A stretch of 64,000 nt of DNA from Hypanus sabinus (Eukaryota): assembly GCF_030144855.1 (NCBI RefSeq), contig NC_082730.1:3906001-3970000 (forward strand). Reading direction: 5' to 3'. The position numbers were made by a program, and so were the translations under genes. Shown here piece after piece: positions 35,311 to 49,000 of the stretch (its first letter is position 1; each line of letters begins with the position of its first letter). The notes under the pieces are model-generated. The model saw only the letters and a list, made by a program, of their open reading frames with translations, was not told the origin of the DNA and ran no database searches.

Positions 35311-36429
35311 GTGGGGGGGGGGGGGGTCGTACAGAAACACATGAGTCCACAGTAGCAATCAACCACTGAGCCCATTCTGTGTGATCATATCTGATCCTCT
35401 GTCCGTGATCACTCTTCCTACTGTCCTCGACGGACACTGCATCAAGAAACCAGACTCCTCAAGTTTATTCAACAGCTCATCCACAAGTCTCCGAGAATTC
35501 CACAGCTCTGAGCGAAGAAATCACTCTACCTCAGTCTGACCTATCATCCCTCTCTCCTGAGACTGGTACCACTTGTTCTAGACTTGTCAGTCAGGACCCT
35601 GTGTCCATCACAGACTGGAACAGTTCAATGGATTCCACCCCCCCGACCCCCATTCCTCCAATGAACACAGGCCCTGTTAACCCAGACTCTTCTCATATAA
35701 CAGGCCAAACACCTCTGGAACCGGGCAGGTGAATCTTTATGACAATTATATCTGTTCTCAGGTAACGAGACCTTGGTAGGGCCAAAAGACCAGTGTCATT
35801 ACAGAGAAACACCATTGCTCTGTACATATGATGAGGCCAACATACCATTTGCCCCTCAGCTGCTTGTTGTGCCAGGACCAGCTCCCTTTGGACATCACCG
35901 TTTCCCATCCTTCAGCATTTCCATAGTATTTTGCCTTGCTGTTCCCTTGCTAAAGTGGAGAACTTCACATTTACCCACATTATAGCACATATTTGCCCAA
36001 TCAACGAGTCAAAAAGAATCTTGAGATTTCTTTGCATCCCTTCCTCAGCTCACAATCCCATCCAGTTTCATGTGTCAGCAACGTTTGGGAGATTACATTC
36101 AGGGAATCCTCCCTCATCCATTTCATTTTTGTACATTGTGAAAAGAACCGGAGAGTACAAGCACAGTCACACTGACCCTCCAAGTTCATGCAGTCCATCA
36201 AGTCCCCATCCATTTGGGTCCCATTTACCATCACTTGGTCCATGTCCCTCAATGTTGTTGGAATATCTACATCCCCCTCCTACTCCAGCAGTGTGCTCCA
36301 GAATCCAAACATCTTCTGAGCGAAAATACTTTCTCCTCAGATCCACTGTGAACCTCCTTCTCTTACTTTCAATTAAACTATTGAGTTTCAGATATCTCCA
36401 GCCAACATAGCTCTCTGGGTCATTGAGGC

Positions 36430-37400
36430 ATGCAAACCAGAAGCTCAGAGACCTGGGCCTTCACCTTGCCTTGTGCAGCTGGATCCTGGACTTCCTGTCA
36501 GAATGCCGGCAAGTGGTAAGAGTGGGCTCCCTCATTTTGCTCCTCTGACCCTCAACACAGGACCCCCCGAGGGCTCTGTCATAACCCCCACTCCTTTACT
36601 CTCTGTACACCCATGACTGTGTCACCACCCACAGCTTCAGTCTGTTAATTAAATTTGCAGATGATACTACACTGATTGGCCCAATCTCAAATAATAATGA
36701 GAAGCCCTCACTCTGACACAGTGGTGCTAAGAAAACAACCTCTCCTTCAATGTCACAAAAGCGAAGGAGCTGGTTGTGGACCACAGGAGGAACAGAGATA
36801 AGCTCACCCCTGACATCAATAGATCTGGGGTTGATAAGGTGAGCAGCTTTAAGTTCCTCGGTATACATATCACTGAAGATCTCACTTGGTCTGTACACAC
36901 CGTTGTGTAGTGAAAAAAACACAACAGTGCCTCTTCCATCTCAGATGGTTGAAGAAGGTTGGCATGAGCTCCCAAATCCTAAGGACTTTCTACAGGGGCA
37001 CAATTGAGAGCATCCTGACTAGCTACATCAATCTGTACTGCTGTATTGTACTTCTCTCAACCGCAGGACTTTACAGAAAGTGGCATGGACAGGCTGGCAC
37101 ATCTGTGGAAGTGAACTTCCCACTATCCAGGACATTTACAGTGCCAGGTGTGTAAAGGGGGCCCGAACCAATCGGCTCCAAGACAGCTTCTTCCACCATG
37201 ACATCAGACTGATTAATTCATGACAACACAATTGTAATTCTAAGCTAAATTGACTGTTCTGTTGTACATCTTACTGTACGTACTATTTAGTACAAATTAC
37301 TATAATTTGCACTTTGTACATTCAGATGAAGACATAAAGTGAAGGTTTTTACTCATCAGGTGCGTGAAGGATGTGAAAAACAAAGTCAATTCAATTCAAT
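36430..37400 (+). mobile_element. Rex1-like LINE 3' portion
   Basis: WILDFLS, YSLYTHDC, KFADDTT, SFKFLGIHITEDLTW, RTFYRGTIESILT, and a (TCAAT)n tail. Confidence 0.8.
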
Positions 37401-37882
37401 TCATAAGGATCCCCACAATCTCCAGTAAACTCTTGGAGGATGACAGCTGATACAGCCACTTGGGATTTATTGTCTGCCATTTCCACAACAGTTTTAACCT
37501 GTACCACTGTCCTGTAGTTTTCTTTTTCTTTAGACCCTTGTTTCCCCAGTATACCTGGAAGTTAATTATAACCTCTCGGTGAAGGCCGAACCCAAGATTT
37601 AGTTGACCTGCTGTGCATTGTTTTATTTCCCACTCACAAATCTTTTCACTTGATCAACAGAAGTATTCTGAACTTTTCCATTTCCTGTCACCTGTTGGCA
37701 CAGTGCTTCATTAACACCTTAACCTGTGACAACTAGCTTATCGCATCTCAACAGCAGCCCTCATCCTGCACAGGAGCTCAGGGTGTCAACTGGTGGCAGG
37801 AAATGAGAGAGACTCAGAACATGTCTGGTCAACAAGTGTTGAGATGTGTGAAGCAGAGAATGTAGCTGGACTCAGGGTGGGG

Positions 37883-37884
<2 letters not shown>

Positions 37885-37940
<56 letters not shown>
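37885..37940 (+). repeat. (GA)28 microsatellite
   Basis: Perfect dinucleotide run. Confidence 0.97.
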
Positions 37941-37944
<4 letters not shown>

Positions 37945-38599
37945 CACAACTAGGACCAAACACAAAAGCTGAGACAGATAGATCAGCAGGGAGAGACTGA
38001 ATGTGCTGAAAGACCAGAAGACAACATGAATGAAGGGAAATAACAGGAACACAGAGAGAAAGGGTAAGAATGCTGATAGATAGAGAGACTGGACAGGGAC
38101 CAAGAATGGAGAATGTAGAACTGTACAGCACAGAAACAGGCCCTTCGGCCCACAGTGACCATGTCAATCAAAATTATTACCACCTGCCTATATCTGGTGC
38201 CTGTCCCTCCATTCCCTGCATGATACCATGCCCGTCTAAACATTGTGATCAAATTTGCTTCCACCACTTCATCTGCTACTCACTGTGCAGAAGAACTTGC
38301 CTCAGATCTCCTTAAAGACAGGTGACCCCAGTCATTATCAATACTCTTCAGAGATAATCTGCCTGATGTCAGTGGTCAAATAACAAGAACTTATGATATG
38401 CAACAGCTGCTCATATGACCATCTACCACCTGCTCCCATGGCTTCAAGTGACCCTGATCAAGGGGCTAAGAAGGTGCTACACCTTGCCCAAGGGTGACCT
38501 GCCAGTTAGTGGAGAGAAGGAGCTCCCTACTTTTTTTTGGTAGAGTGGTATCTCCATCTTGCCATGAGAAATTCTGCCTAGGCTGGAAATCCAAATTAA

Positions 38600-39280
38600 C
38601 ACACACAGAATGCTGGAGGAACTCAACAGGTCAGTTATGCATCTATGTAAATGAACAAGCAGTAGATATTTTGAGTTGAGACCCTTCTTCGGGACTGGAA
38701 AGGAAGGGGGAAGACACCAGAGTTAAAAGGTGGGGAATGGGAGAAGGTGATAGATGAAGCTAGGTGGGTAGGAAAGGTAAAGGGCTGGAGAGGAAGGAAT
38801 CTTGATAGGACGGGAGAGTGGACTATAGGAGAAAGGAAAGGAAAAAGGGACCCAGTGGGAGGTGTTAGGTAGGTGAGAAGAGGTAAGGGACCAGTGTGGG
38901 GAAATAGAAGAAGAGGCAAGGAGGAAGAATTTTTTTTTACCAGATAGAGAAACTGATATTCATGTCATCAGGTTGGAGGCCATCCAGACAGAATACAAGG
39001 TGTTGGTCCTCGACCCTGAGTGTGGCCTCATCATGGCACAAGAGGAGGTCATGGACCAACATGTCAGAACGGGATTGGGAATTGAGCTACCAGGAAGTTC
39101 AGCTTTTGGCAGATGGAGCAGAGGTGCTGAACAAGGCTCACCAGTGTAGAGGAGACCACAACGGGAGTATTGGACACAATAGACGACCCCAGCAGATTCA
39201 CAGGTGAAGGTCTGTCTGGGGGCCTGAATGGAGGTGAGGGAGGAGGTGAATGGGCAGGTGTAGCACTTTGGCAGCACATA
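38600..39280 (-). mobile_element. Penelope-like element remnant with GIY-YIG endonuclease fragment
   Basis: ORF 39277->38960 contains QTFTCESAGVVYCVQYSRCGLLYTGE, matching the Penelope Uri/GIY-YIG motif VVYCIxCxxCxLLYIGET. Confidence 0.75.
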
Positions 39281-39289
39281 GGGATCCTC

Positions 39290-40130
39290 TTCTGCCTCCT
39301 CTCCAAAGCCTCCACATCCTTCCTGTAATGTAGAGCCCAGAACTGTACACAGTACTCCAGATGTAAGCCAAGGAAAAGTCTACACAACTGAACATTCATA
39401 CCCAGCACTCTGACTGCTGAAGACAAACAGACAGAATGTCTTCTTTACCCCCCCCCCCCCCACCCCATCCACCTGGGTTGGCACTTTCTGGGAGCTGTGG
39501 ACCTGCAGTGCATGAATACCCTGTATTCCAGTGCTCAGGACGATTGTGCCATTTATTGAATACTTTCCCCTTACATTTGACCCCATAAAGTGCAAAAACT
39601 GACACTTGTCTGGATTAAACCATCTGCCATTTCTCAGCCCATATTTCTAACTGGTCTATATCCTGCTGAATCCATTAACAACTTTCCTCACCTTCCATAA
39701 TTCCATCAACTTGCAAGCCTACAATTCAGCCCAACGACATTATGTATAAATCATTTATACATATCGCAAGCAACACAGATCCCATAAGTGATCCTTGCAG
39801 AACGCCACTGGTCACAGGCCTCCAGTCAGGTGAACGCAGCTGAGCTCCCCATCTTATATCACCAAGCCAATTTTGAAACAGCAAGTTTGAGCAAAGAAGA
39901 GGAAAGAGATCAGTACAACCTGTTCCAGGGTGTGGAATAGCAGATGGACAGTGAATGATGAAGTCGGGTTGAGAGCATTGCACCCTATACTCTGGCACAC
40001 ATCGCTCTGCTCTAGATCCAGAGTCAATCACTAAAATCTGATGCTTTGCAATTTTGGGCTTAGTATATCTTCTCTCAATTGGTACAGTCTTACTTACTGA
40101 CACCTGACCGCCAAAGCACAATCACCCTCC
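39290..40130 (-). mobile_element. CR1 RT/3' fragments
   Basis: LEYCVQFWALHYRKDVEALER and WRPVTSGVLQGSLMGSVL. Confidence 0.75.
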
Positions 40131-40189
40131 ACCTGCCCAATTACCCCATCTGACTTGGTCTCACCCTGACACCGACGTTTCCTTTTTCA

Positions 40190-40790
40190 TAGAAACATAG
40201 AAAACCTGCAGCACAATACAGGCCCTTTGGCCCACAATGCAGTGCCGAACACGTCCTTACTTTAGAAATTACCTCGGTTTACCCATAGCCCTCTATTTAC
40301 CTGTCCAGGAGTCTCTTAAAAGACCCTATCTTTTCCGCCTCCACCACCGTCCTCGGCAGCCCATTCCACGCACTCATCACACTCTGTGTAAAAACCTTAC
40401 CCCTGACATCTCCTCTGTACATACTTCCAAGCAGCTTAAAACTATGCCCTCTCATGTTAGCTATTTCAGCCCTGGGAGAAAGCATCTGACTATCCACACG
40501 ATCAATGCCTCTCGTCATCTTATACACCTCTATCAGGTCACCTCTCATCCTCCTTCGCTCCAAGGAGAAAAGGCCGAATTCATTCACCCGATTCTCATAA
40601 GGAATGCACCCCAATCCAGGCAACATCCAAGCTAGATAGATATCTGATGGATAGGGGAATTAAGGGATATGGGGACAAGGCAGGGACTGGGTATTGATAG
40701 TGAATGATCAGCCATGATCTCAGAATGGTGGTGCAGACTCGAGGGGCCGAATGGTCTACTTCTGCACCTATTGTCTATTGTCTATTGTCA
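40190..40790. mobile_element. Two CR1 3' ends joined back-to-back (40190-40628 minus, ~40630-40790 plus) at the left edge of duplicate copy 2
   Basis: Minus ORF 40297-40626 LFSLERRRMRGDLIEVYK. The plus-strand 3' UTR ends in (ttgtcta)n. Confidence 0.8.
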
Positions 40791-43644
40791 TAAATGCTTG
40801 AAGAATTCAGGGTAGTCAGCATTTGGTGCATAAATATTAACCAAAGCTACTTTTTAGTTATAAAGTAAATATGGGTCTGAGATTGTCTCATAATGAACAA
40901 ATGAGATCGAGGAGTTTATGTAAAAATGGATATGCCTTTTGCTTTGGTTGAAGAGTTAGAATGATACTGAGCGCTTTCCAAAACCTAAAAAAACTGCTGA
41001 TTATCATCCTTCCTCACGTGAGTCTCCTGCACAAAAAGTAATCTGAGAATTCAATCTATGAAAAACTTTCAAAAATCTTCTTCTGTTCAATTGGGTAATG
41101 CAAACCATTCATGTTCCATGAAACAAAGTTAATAATAAACCATATAGTGTGTAAAGGGTTAACCATATTGTTTTGGAAACTCATGAATCAGGAAGAGGGA
41201 AAAAAGTTTGAAGAGGAACCAGAAGTTATGACAATACAGACATTTTTGTAGTTTCAGATCAGCCCAAATGAAAAATACTGAACTAAAAATAGATCCCCTC
41301 CCCCCCACTCCCACAAAGACCCGAAACCTGCCAATAGAAAGCCAGGGAACTATCTAAGAAGCTCCCTACCCCCAGCTCTCTTGACAACAAGTCTCCAAAG
41401 TTTCTAAAAAATAAAATAACCACCCAGAGTCAAAACATTGCGAAAGGAATGCCAAACAGAAGTTAAGAAAAAAACAACCATTTGAAGACCATTTTAAAAG
41501 AGGTCTTAAAAAATGAAGCAGAATACAATCTTAATAATATTTCAAGAAAAAACAAGTAATCACCAAGCCAGAGTCTTAATAACTTTCTAAACTGAACAAT
41601 TAAAAATAAAGTAAAATAATAAAAGAAAGGAACTTTAACATAGAAACATAATAAATCTCCGTACGCCAAAGCGAAGTACCAGAGGAATCGGCCCAAGGAC
41701 AAAGTTCTACGAACTTAAAATGTCCAAATCTATAGGCTGGTTATTAACTAATAAACCAGAAGTATACAAACATAAAGGAACGGTAAATTTATTAAACATC
41801 TGAGCTCAAACAATGCTCCTCGAGAAATTGTTGTGTGTCATCTACGGATTTAAACCACTTAGACAGTTTATCAGGCAGAAAAAGCCTTAAACGAGTGGGG
41901 TATAGCACAGCCAGTCAGAATTTCCTTTGATATAATCCTGACATCACCAATTTAAATCTCAATCTTTCTTGCATTACCTCAGGACAATAATCTTTAACCT
42001 GATGAAACTTAAAATTTTGATGTTCAATAATTCCTTTCCGACGAGCAATTTGAAATAAGTGCTGCTTAGTACTCACATGATGGAATCGAGGAATCACAGG
42101 GCATGGTTTTAACTCTTTCAATGGTTTTGGTCTTAAGCCCGATGATTACGGTCGATTATCGGAGAAGAAGAAAAGAACTCCGAGCCAAAGGCCTCCATTA
42201 TGAAAAGAGAAAAAAATTTAGTAAGATCCCAACTCTCTACATCTTCACTGAGTCCTATTATTCACAAATTCTGTCTGTGACTACGACTCTCCAAATCAAT
42301 AATCTTGACTTTATACTGCTCCAATGTATGACAGACAGGTTATTGATCCCCAGGGAAATTCGGTTTTGTTACTGTTGCACCAACCAAGGATAGTGCATAA
42401 ATATAGCAATATAAAACCATAAATATTTAAATAATAATAAGTTAATGATGCCAAGTGGAAAGGAGTCCAAGACCAGCCTATTGGCTCAGGGTGTCTGACA
42501 CTCTGAGGGAGGAGTTGTAAAGTTTGATGGCCACAGGCAGGAATGACTTCCTATGACGCTCAGTGTTACATCTCGGTGGAATGTGTCTCTGGCTGAATGT
42601 ACTCCTGTGCCTAACCAGTACATTATGGAGTGGATGGAAGACATTGTCCAAGATGGTATGCAACTTGGACAACATCCTCTTTTCAGACACCACCGTCAGA
42701 GAGTCCAGTTCCACCCCCACAACATCAATGGCCTTACGAATGAGTTTGTTGATTCTGTTGGTGTCTGCTACCCTCAGCCTGCTGCCCCAGCACATAACAG
42801 CAAACATGATAGCACTGGCCACCACAGCCTTGTAGAACATCCTCAGCATCATCCTGCAGATGTTAAAGGACCTCAGTCTCCTTAGGAAATAGAGACAGCT
42901 CTGACCCTTCTTGTAGACAGACTCAGTGTTCTTTGACCAGTCCAGTTTATTGTCAATTCGTATCCCCAGGTATTTGTAATCCTCCACCATGTCCACAGTG
43001 ACCCTTTGGATGGAAACAGGGGTCACTGGTGCCTTAGCCCTCCTCAGGTCCACCACCAGCTCCTTAGTCTTTTTCACACTAAGCTGCAGATGATTCTGCT
43101 CGCACCATGTGACAAAGTTTCCCACCGTAGCCCTGTACTCAGCCTCATCTCCCTTGCTGGTGCATCCAACTATGGCAGAGTCATCAGAAAACTTCTGAAG
43201 ATGGCAAGACTCCGTGTTGTAGTTGAAGTCCGAGGTGTAGATGGTGAAGAGAAAGGGAGACAGAACAGTCAGTCCCCTGTGGAGCCCCAGTGCTGCTGAC
43301 CACTCTGTCTGACACACAGTGTTGCAAGCCCACATACTGTGGTCTGCCAGTCAGGTAATCAATAATCCATGACACCAGGGAAGCATCTTCCTGCATCACT
43401 GTCAGCTTCTCCCCCAGCAGAGCAGGGTGGATGGTGTTGAACGCTCTGGAGAAGTCAAAAAACATGACCCTCACAGTGCTCGCCAATTTGTCCAGGCGGG
43501 CGTAGACACATTTCAGCAGGTAAAGTAGCCAAGGTTAGGTTCTTTTCCAAAGAAGTCAATCCAGAATCTCTCTGTTTCCCAGCTTCACTAAGCTCTGAAG
43601 TTTGCTGTTGCTGTTTCTCATTCTCCTTTTTCTTGAGTGCTGCC
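40791..43644 (-). mobile_element. Paralogous partial copy of the 4638-14822 L1 (EN start, inter-ORF, ORF1)
   Basis: About 88% identical by eye to 12470-14480, with the same 5' flank (ataagtctgaggat at 44163 = 14833). Confidence 0.88.
42331..43522 (-). mobile_element. Rex1/Babar-like LINE, 5'-truncated, copy-2-specific
   Basis: ORFs 43184-43486 and 42478-43335 (FFDFSRAFNTI, KFSDDSAIVG, WCEQNHLQLSVKKTKELVVD). (GACA) tail. Confidence 0.88.
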
Positions 43645-44162
43645 CGCTTCGCTGCCGCTGCTACTGTGCGGTCCGGAATCTCCGGAGGAGAAGGCCTCCG
43701 AGACCTCGGCTTTGCTCGTTTCGGCGGCCGGGACGAGGTCGAAGACGCTCGGCAGAGGAGGGCGCTCAGGAGGCTGTATCGGAGGGGCTGGTCGGAGGCT
43801 CGAAGTTTTCGGACGGACTCAGAGTCTGCTGTGGTCGTTGCTTCCAAGGCATCAGATGTCAGTGCCTGGAAGTTTATGGCAGGGAGAGTTTCTCCCTTTT
43901 GCTGCCTGATATCAGGACTATTGGAGTCGATCGGGACTTGTGACCTTTTTTAAAAACCGTGCGCATGGTCTGCTTTTATCAAATTACGGTATTGCTTTGC
44001 ACTGCTGTAACTATATGTTATAATTATGTGGTTATGTCAGTGTGAGTCTTTGCTTTGCCCTTTTTTTGTTTTGTGATATCACTCTGGAGGAACATTGTAT
44101 CATTTCTTAATGCATGCATTTCTAAATGACAAGAAAAAAGGACTGAGTGTCCTCATAATCTA
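43645..44162 (+). mobile_element. Non-autonomous SINE-like/LINE-tail element replacing the L1 5' end in copy 2
   Basis: GC-rich head, AT-rich 3' end with a taatctaa tail. L1 positions ~14480-14832, including the TSD, are missing here. Confidence 0.55.
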
Positions 44163-44280
44163 ATAAGTCTGAGGATGGGGATTGATTATGAAAACAGCAA
44201 AGGGTAAGAGAAATATTGTTGAAGAAAAGGAAAATGGACAATTGAAGGATATTAAGAACAGTCTGTGAGAGCCGGAATCA

Positions 44281-44550
44281 GGAAATGAAACAAATATAGC
44301 AGCAGGTACAACTGTGGTTCCCTTACAGACAGAGGTGGGTCTTTGCAGTGGGGAATGAAGGAACAGTGGAGGAAATAAACCGTGGCTTCTTGTGTGTCTT
44401 TGTGGAAGACACAAAAACCTGCCAGAAATACAGGATAGACAAGTGTTGAATGCAAGTGTAGAAATAAAATCAGTCAGCATCAATGATGAAATACCATCAT
44501 GAAAATGGATAACTGACACAGGCCTGATGAACTCCATCCCGGAGTTTGTG
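44281..44550 (+). pseudogene. Probable relic Ig V-set exon (uninterrupted paralog of 14951-18290)
   Basis: G-T-T-V-V B strand, TGA at the expected C-strand Trp (44356-58), DR, then NASVEIKSVSINDE. Second stop at 44500. Splice sites not recognisable. Confidence 0.4.
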
Positions 44551-45474
44551 ACAAGATGTCAGTAGTGTTACTCAACTTTCTGGTTATCATCTGCCAAACT
44601 CTACAGTTTCAGGAATGGTTCCTTCAGCCTGTTTCAAAAAGGAGGGAGAGAGAGAAAACTGGGAACCACTCACCTCCCCAGCTGACACTGGGAACAGGGA
44701 CAATGTTGGAATCTGTAATAATGGGTGTGAAATGCATGCTGAAGAGGAATTATCACAAAGATTCACCAGACTGGTTTCTGATGTGGTGGGTCTGACTTGT
44801 CAGGAATGTGAGAAATAGACTACACCTATATTCAAACAGTTCAAAGTAAGTTTTATTATCAGAGTACATTTCTGTCACCACATACAACCCTGAGATTATT
44901 TCTCTTCGGGCATACTTAGCAAATCTATAGAACAGTAACTGTAAACAGGATCAATGGACAACAAACTGTGCAAATGCAAATATAAATAAATAGCAATCAA
45001 CAACCTGTTCTTGGACATAGTGGTGCAAGTCCTGAGGCACTTGTACCTTTTGCTTGATGAGAGCAGTGAGAAAAGTGCATGGCCTGGGTGGTGAGGATCT
45101 TTGCTTATGGCAATGATTCACGTAGGCACTTCCAGTGGCTGGAAGGGTTATATCCGTGATGTACTGGATTGAATTTGCCTCATTTTGTAGGATTTTCACT
45201 CAAATACATGGTGTACCCATAACAGGCCATAATGAAGCCAGCCAGCACACTGTGGTAAATCATTGGGATTCTCTGGTGAGGAATTCTTCTTTCATTGATT
45301 GTTTTCTAGATATTAAAAAGATCAAGGAAATGTGGAGAAAAAGTTTTAGCCAGGATCAGTTGAATACGTTGTGTGGTTCAATGGTAGCACGTCCGCTTCC
45401 TGCTCCTGCTCGTCATGTTGACACGAGCTCGGTAAAGTGTTTGTGAACCCCGATCACACAATGGAACTACAGAG

Positions 45475-45740
45475 AAGGGAGTGTGAGTGTTTGCGTGTAA
45501 CTGTGTGAGTGAGTGAGAGTGAGAGTGAGAACCGTGGTGTGTGTCTGCGTGTGAGTTTGTGAGTGTGTTTGTCTGGGAATTGGGATCACACATGGAGCAT
45601 ACAGTGTCAGTGTTTGCATGTGTGTGTGAGTGCATCTGTGTCTGTGAGTGTGAGTGTGTGCATGCGTGTAAGCATGAGCAATGTTCTCTATGTGTGCATG
45701 TTTCTGTGTGAGTGTGTGTGTATTAGAGAGAGAGAGAGAT
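45475..45740 (+). repeat. Compound (TG/GA)n low-complexity tract (shorter paralog 19180-19275)
   Basis: Visible imperfect dinucleotide repeats. Confidence 0.85.
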
Positions 45741-46099
45741 ATGAACACAGATCACACAATGAGAAACTTGAGTAAGGTTGTCACAACTATGTCTATGTGT
45801 CACAACTATGGGTTGTTTTTAAAGAAGAAAGAGATTTTCTCAATTTGTATGTAGATTGTATTTTCTCACTGTCACCTCATGGGCATGTAGTGTTCCTTCG
45901 ATTGTGAACTTTTCATGTCTAATTGTTTGTCTTTGCACAAAGTGGGTTTTCACTTCGTGTTGCAAGTGTCTCATTTGAGATCATGAGGATTGTTAAGATC
46001 TCTTTATATTGATCACTTTTATTCAATTTGGTTTGACGTGCTTTCTTGATCACTGTGTGAGCTGGAAAGATCCAGAGTCTATACTGTTGATAAGGATGC

Positions 46100-49000
46100 A
46101 TAGAAACATAGAAAACCTACAGCACAATACTGGTCTTCAGCCCACATGTCCCTACCATAGAAGTCAGTAGGCTTACCTATAGCCCTCTATTTTATTAAGC
46201 TCCATGTACCTATCTAAAGCCCCTATTGTATCTGCCTCCACCACTGTTGCTGGCAGCCCATTTCACGCACACACCACTCTGAGTAAAAACTTACCCCTGA
46301 TATCTCTTCTGTACCTACTTCCCAGCACCCTAAACCTGTGTCCTCTTGTGGCAACCATTTCAGCCCTGGGAAAATGCCTCTAACTATCCACATGATCAAT
46401 GCCTCTCATCATCTTATACACCTCTATCAGGTCACCTCTCATCCTCTGTCACTCCAAGGAGAAAATGCCAAGTTGACTCACCCTGTTTTCATAAGGCATG
46501 CTCTCCGATCCAGGCAATACTCTTATAAATCTCCCCTGCACTCTTTTTATGGCTTCCACATCCTTCCTGTAGCGAGGCAACCAGAACTGAGCACAGTACT
46601 CCAAGTGGGGTCTGCCCAGGGTCCTATATAGCTGCAACATTCCCTCTCGGCTCCTAAATTTAGTTCCACAATTGATGAAGCCCAATGCATTGTACGCCTT
46701 CTGAACCACAGAGTCGACCTGCGCAGATGCTTTGAACGTGCTATGGACTTGGACCCCAAGATCCCTCTGATCCTCCACACTGCCAGGAGTCTTACCATTA
46801 ATACTATATGCTGCCATCATATTTGACCTACCAAAATGAACCACTTCACACTTAACTGGGTTGAACTCCACCTGTTACTTCTCAGTCCAGATTTGCATCC
46901 AATTGATGTTCCGCTGTAACCTCTGACAGCCCGCCAAACTATCCACAACACCTCCAACCTTAGTGTCCTCAGCAAACTTACTAACCCATCCTTCCATTTC
47001 CTCATCCAGGTCATTTATAAAAATCACGAAGAGTAAGGGTCCCAGAACAGATCTCTGTGGCACTCCACTGGTGACTGACCTCCATGTAGAATATGACCCG
47101 TTTACAACCACTCTTTGCTTTCTGAGGGCATGCCAGTTCTGGATCCACAAAGCAATGTCCCCTTGGATCCCATGCCTCTTTACTTTCTCAATAAGTCTTG
47201 CATGGGTACCTTATCAAATGCCTTGCTGAAATCCATATACACTACATCTACTGCTCTTCCTTCATTAATGTGTTTAGTCACATCTTCAAAAAATGCAATC
47301 AGGCTCGGAAGGCATGTCCTGCCCTTGACAAAGCCATTCTGACTACTCCTACTCATATTATACCTCTCCAAATGTTCATAAATCCTGCCTCTTAGGATCT
47401 TCTCCATCAACTTACCAATCACTTAGGTAAGACACTGGTCTATAATTTCCTGGGCTGTCTCTACTTCCTTTCTTGAATAAAGGAACAGCATCCTTAAACC
47501 TCCAATCCTTCGGAACTTCTCCCGTCCCCATCGATGATGTAAAGATCATCGCCAGAGGCTCAGCAATCTCCTCTCTTGCCTCCCACAGCAGCCTGGGGTA
47601 CATCTCTTCCAGTCACAGCAACTTATCCAACTTGATGCTTTCCAAAAGCTCCAGCATATCCTCTTTCTTATTATCTACATGCACAAGCTTTTCAGTCTGC
47701 TGCAAGTCATCACTACAATCACCAAGATCCTTTTCTGTAGTGAAAACTGAAGTGAAGTATTCAGTAAATACCTCTGCTATTTCCTCTGGTTCCATATACA
47801 CTTTCCCACTGTCACACTTGATAGGTTCTATTCTTTCATGACTTATCCTCTTGCTCTTTTCATTCTCGTAGAATGCCTTGGGCTTTTTCTTTATCCAGCC
47901 TGCCAAGGACTTCTCATGGCCCCTTCTGGCGCTCCTAATTTCCTTCTTAAGCTCCTTCCTAGTTGCCTTATAACCTTAACCTTCTAGAACTCTAACATTA
48001 CCTAGCTCTCTGAATCTTTTGTAAGCTTTTCTTTTCTTCTTGACTAGATTTAATACAGCTTTTGTACACCATGATTCCTGTACCCTACCATAACTTCCCT
48101 GTCTCATTGGAATGTACCTATACAGAACTCCACACAAATATCCCCTGAATATTTGCCAGATTTATTCGGTACTTTACGCGGAGAACATCGTTTTTTTAAT
48201 TTAAGCCTGCAATTTCTTGCATGATAGTCCCATAATTCCCCTTATTCCAATTAAACTCTTTTCTAACTTGTCTGTTCCTATCTCTCTCCAATGCTATTGT
48301 AAAGGAGACAGAATTATGATCACTAACTCCAAAATGCTCTCCTACTGAGAGATCTGACACCGGACCAGGTTCATTTCCTAACACCAAATCAAGTACCACC
48401 TCTCCTCTTGTAGGCTTATCTACACTTTGTACATATTGTGTCAAGAAACCTTCCTGAACACTCCTAACAAACTCCCCCCCATCAAAACCCATTGCTCTAG
48501 AGAGATGCCAATCGATATTTGGGAAATTAAAATCTCCCATCATGACAACTCTGTTATTATTACACCTTTCCAGGATCTCTTTCCCTATCTGCTCCTCGAT
48601 ATACCTGTAAATATTGGGCAGCCTATTAAAATAAAAACCAGTAACATTATTGACCCCATCTTGTTCCTAAACTGTACCCACAGAGATTTTGTAAACAATC
48701 CCTCCATGGCGTCCACCTTTTCTGCAGCTGCGACACTATCTCTGATCAGCAGTGCCATGCCCTGACTTCTTTGGCCTCCCTCCCTCTCCTTTCTGACACA
48801 TTCCAAACCCGGCACTTGAAGTAACCATTCCTATCCCGGAGTCATCCAAGTCTCTGTAATGGCCACCACATCATATCTCCAGGTACTGATCCATGCTCTA
48901 AGATCATCTGCTTTGTTCACAACACTCCTAGACACTAAAATAGACACATATCAAACCTTCAGTCTGAACGTGTCCCTTCTAACACCTGCCTACTCTCCCT

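Noticed and set aside
44160-44537. Minus-strand hydrophobic ORF with CISDRFL/LMLTDF resembling GPCR TM2/TM3
   Set aside because: The motif spacing is incompatible with a GPCR. It is better explained as the antisense shadow of the + strand V-like relic.
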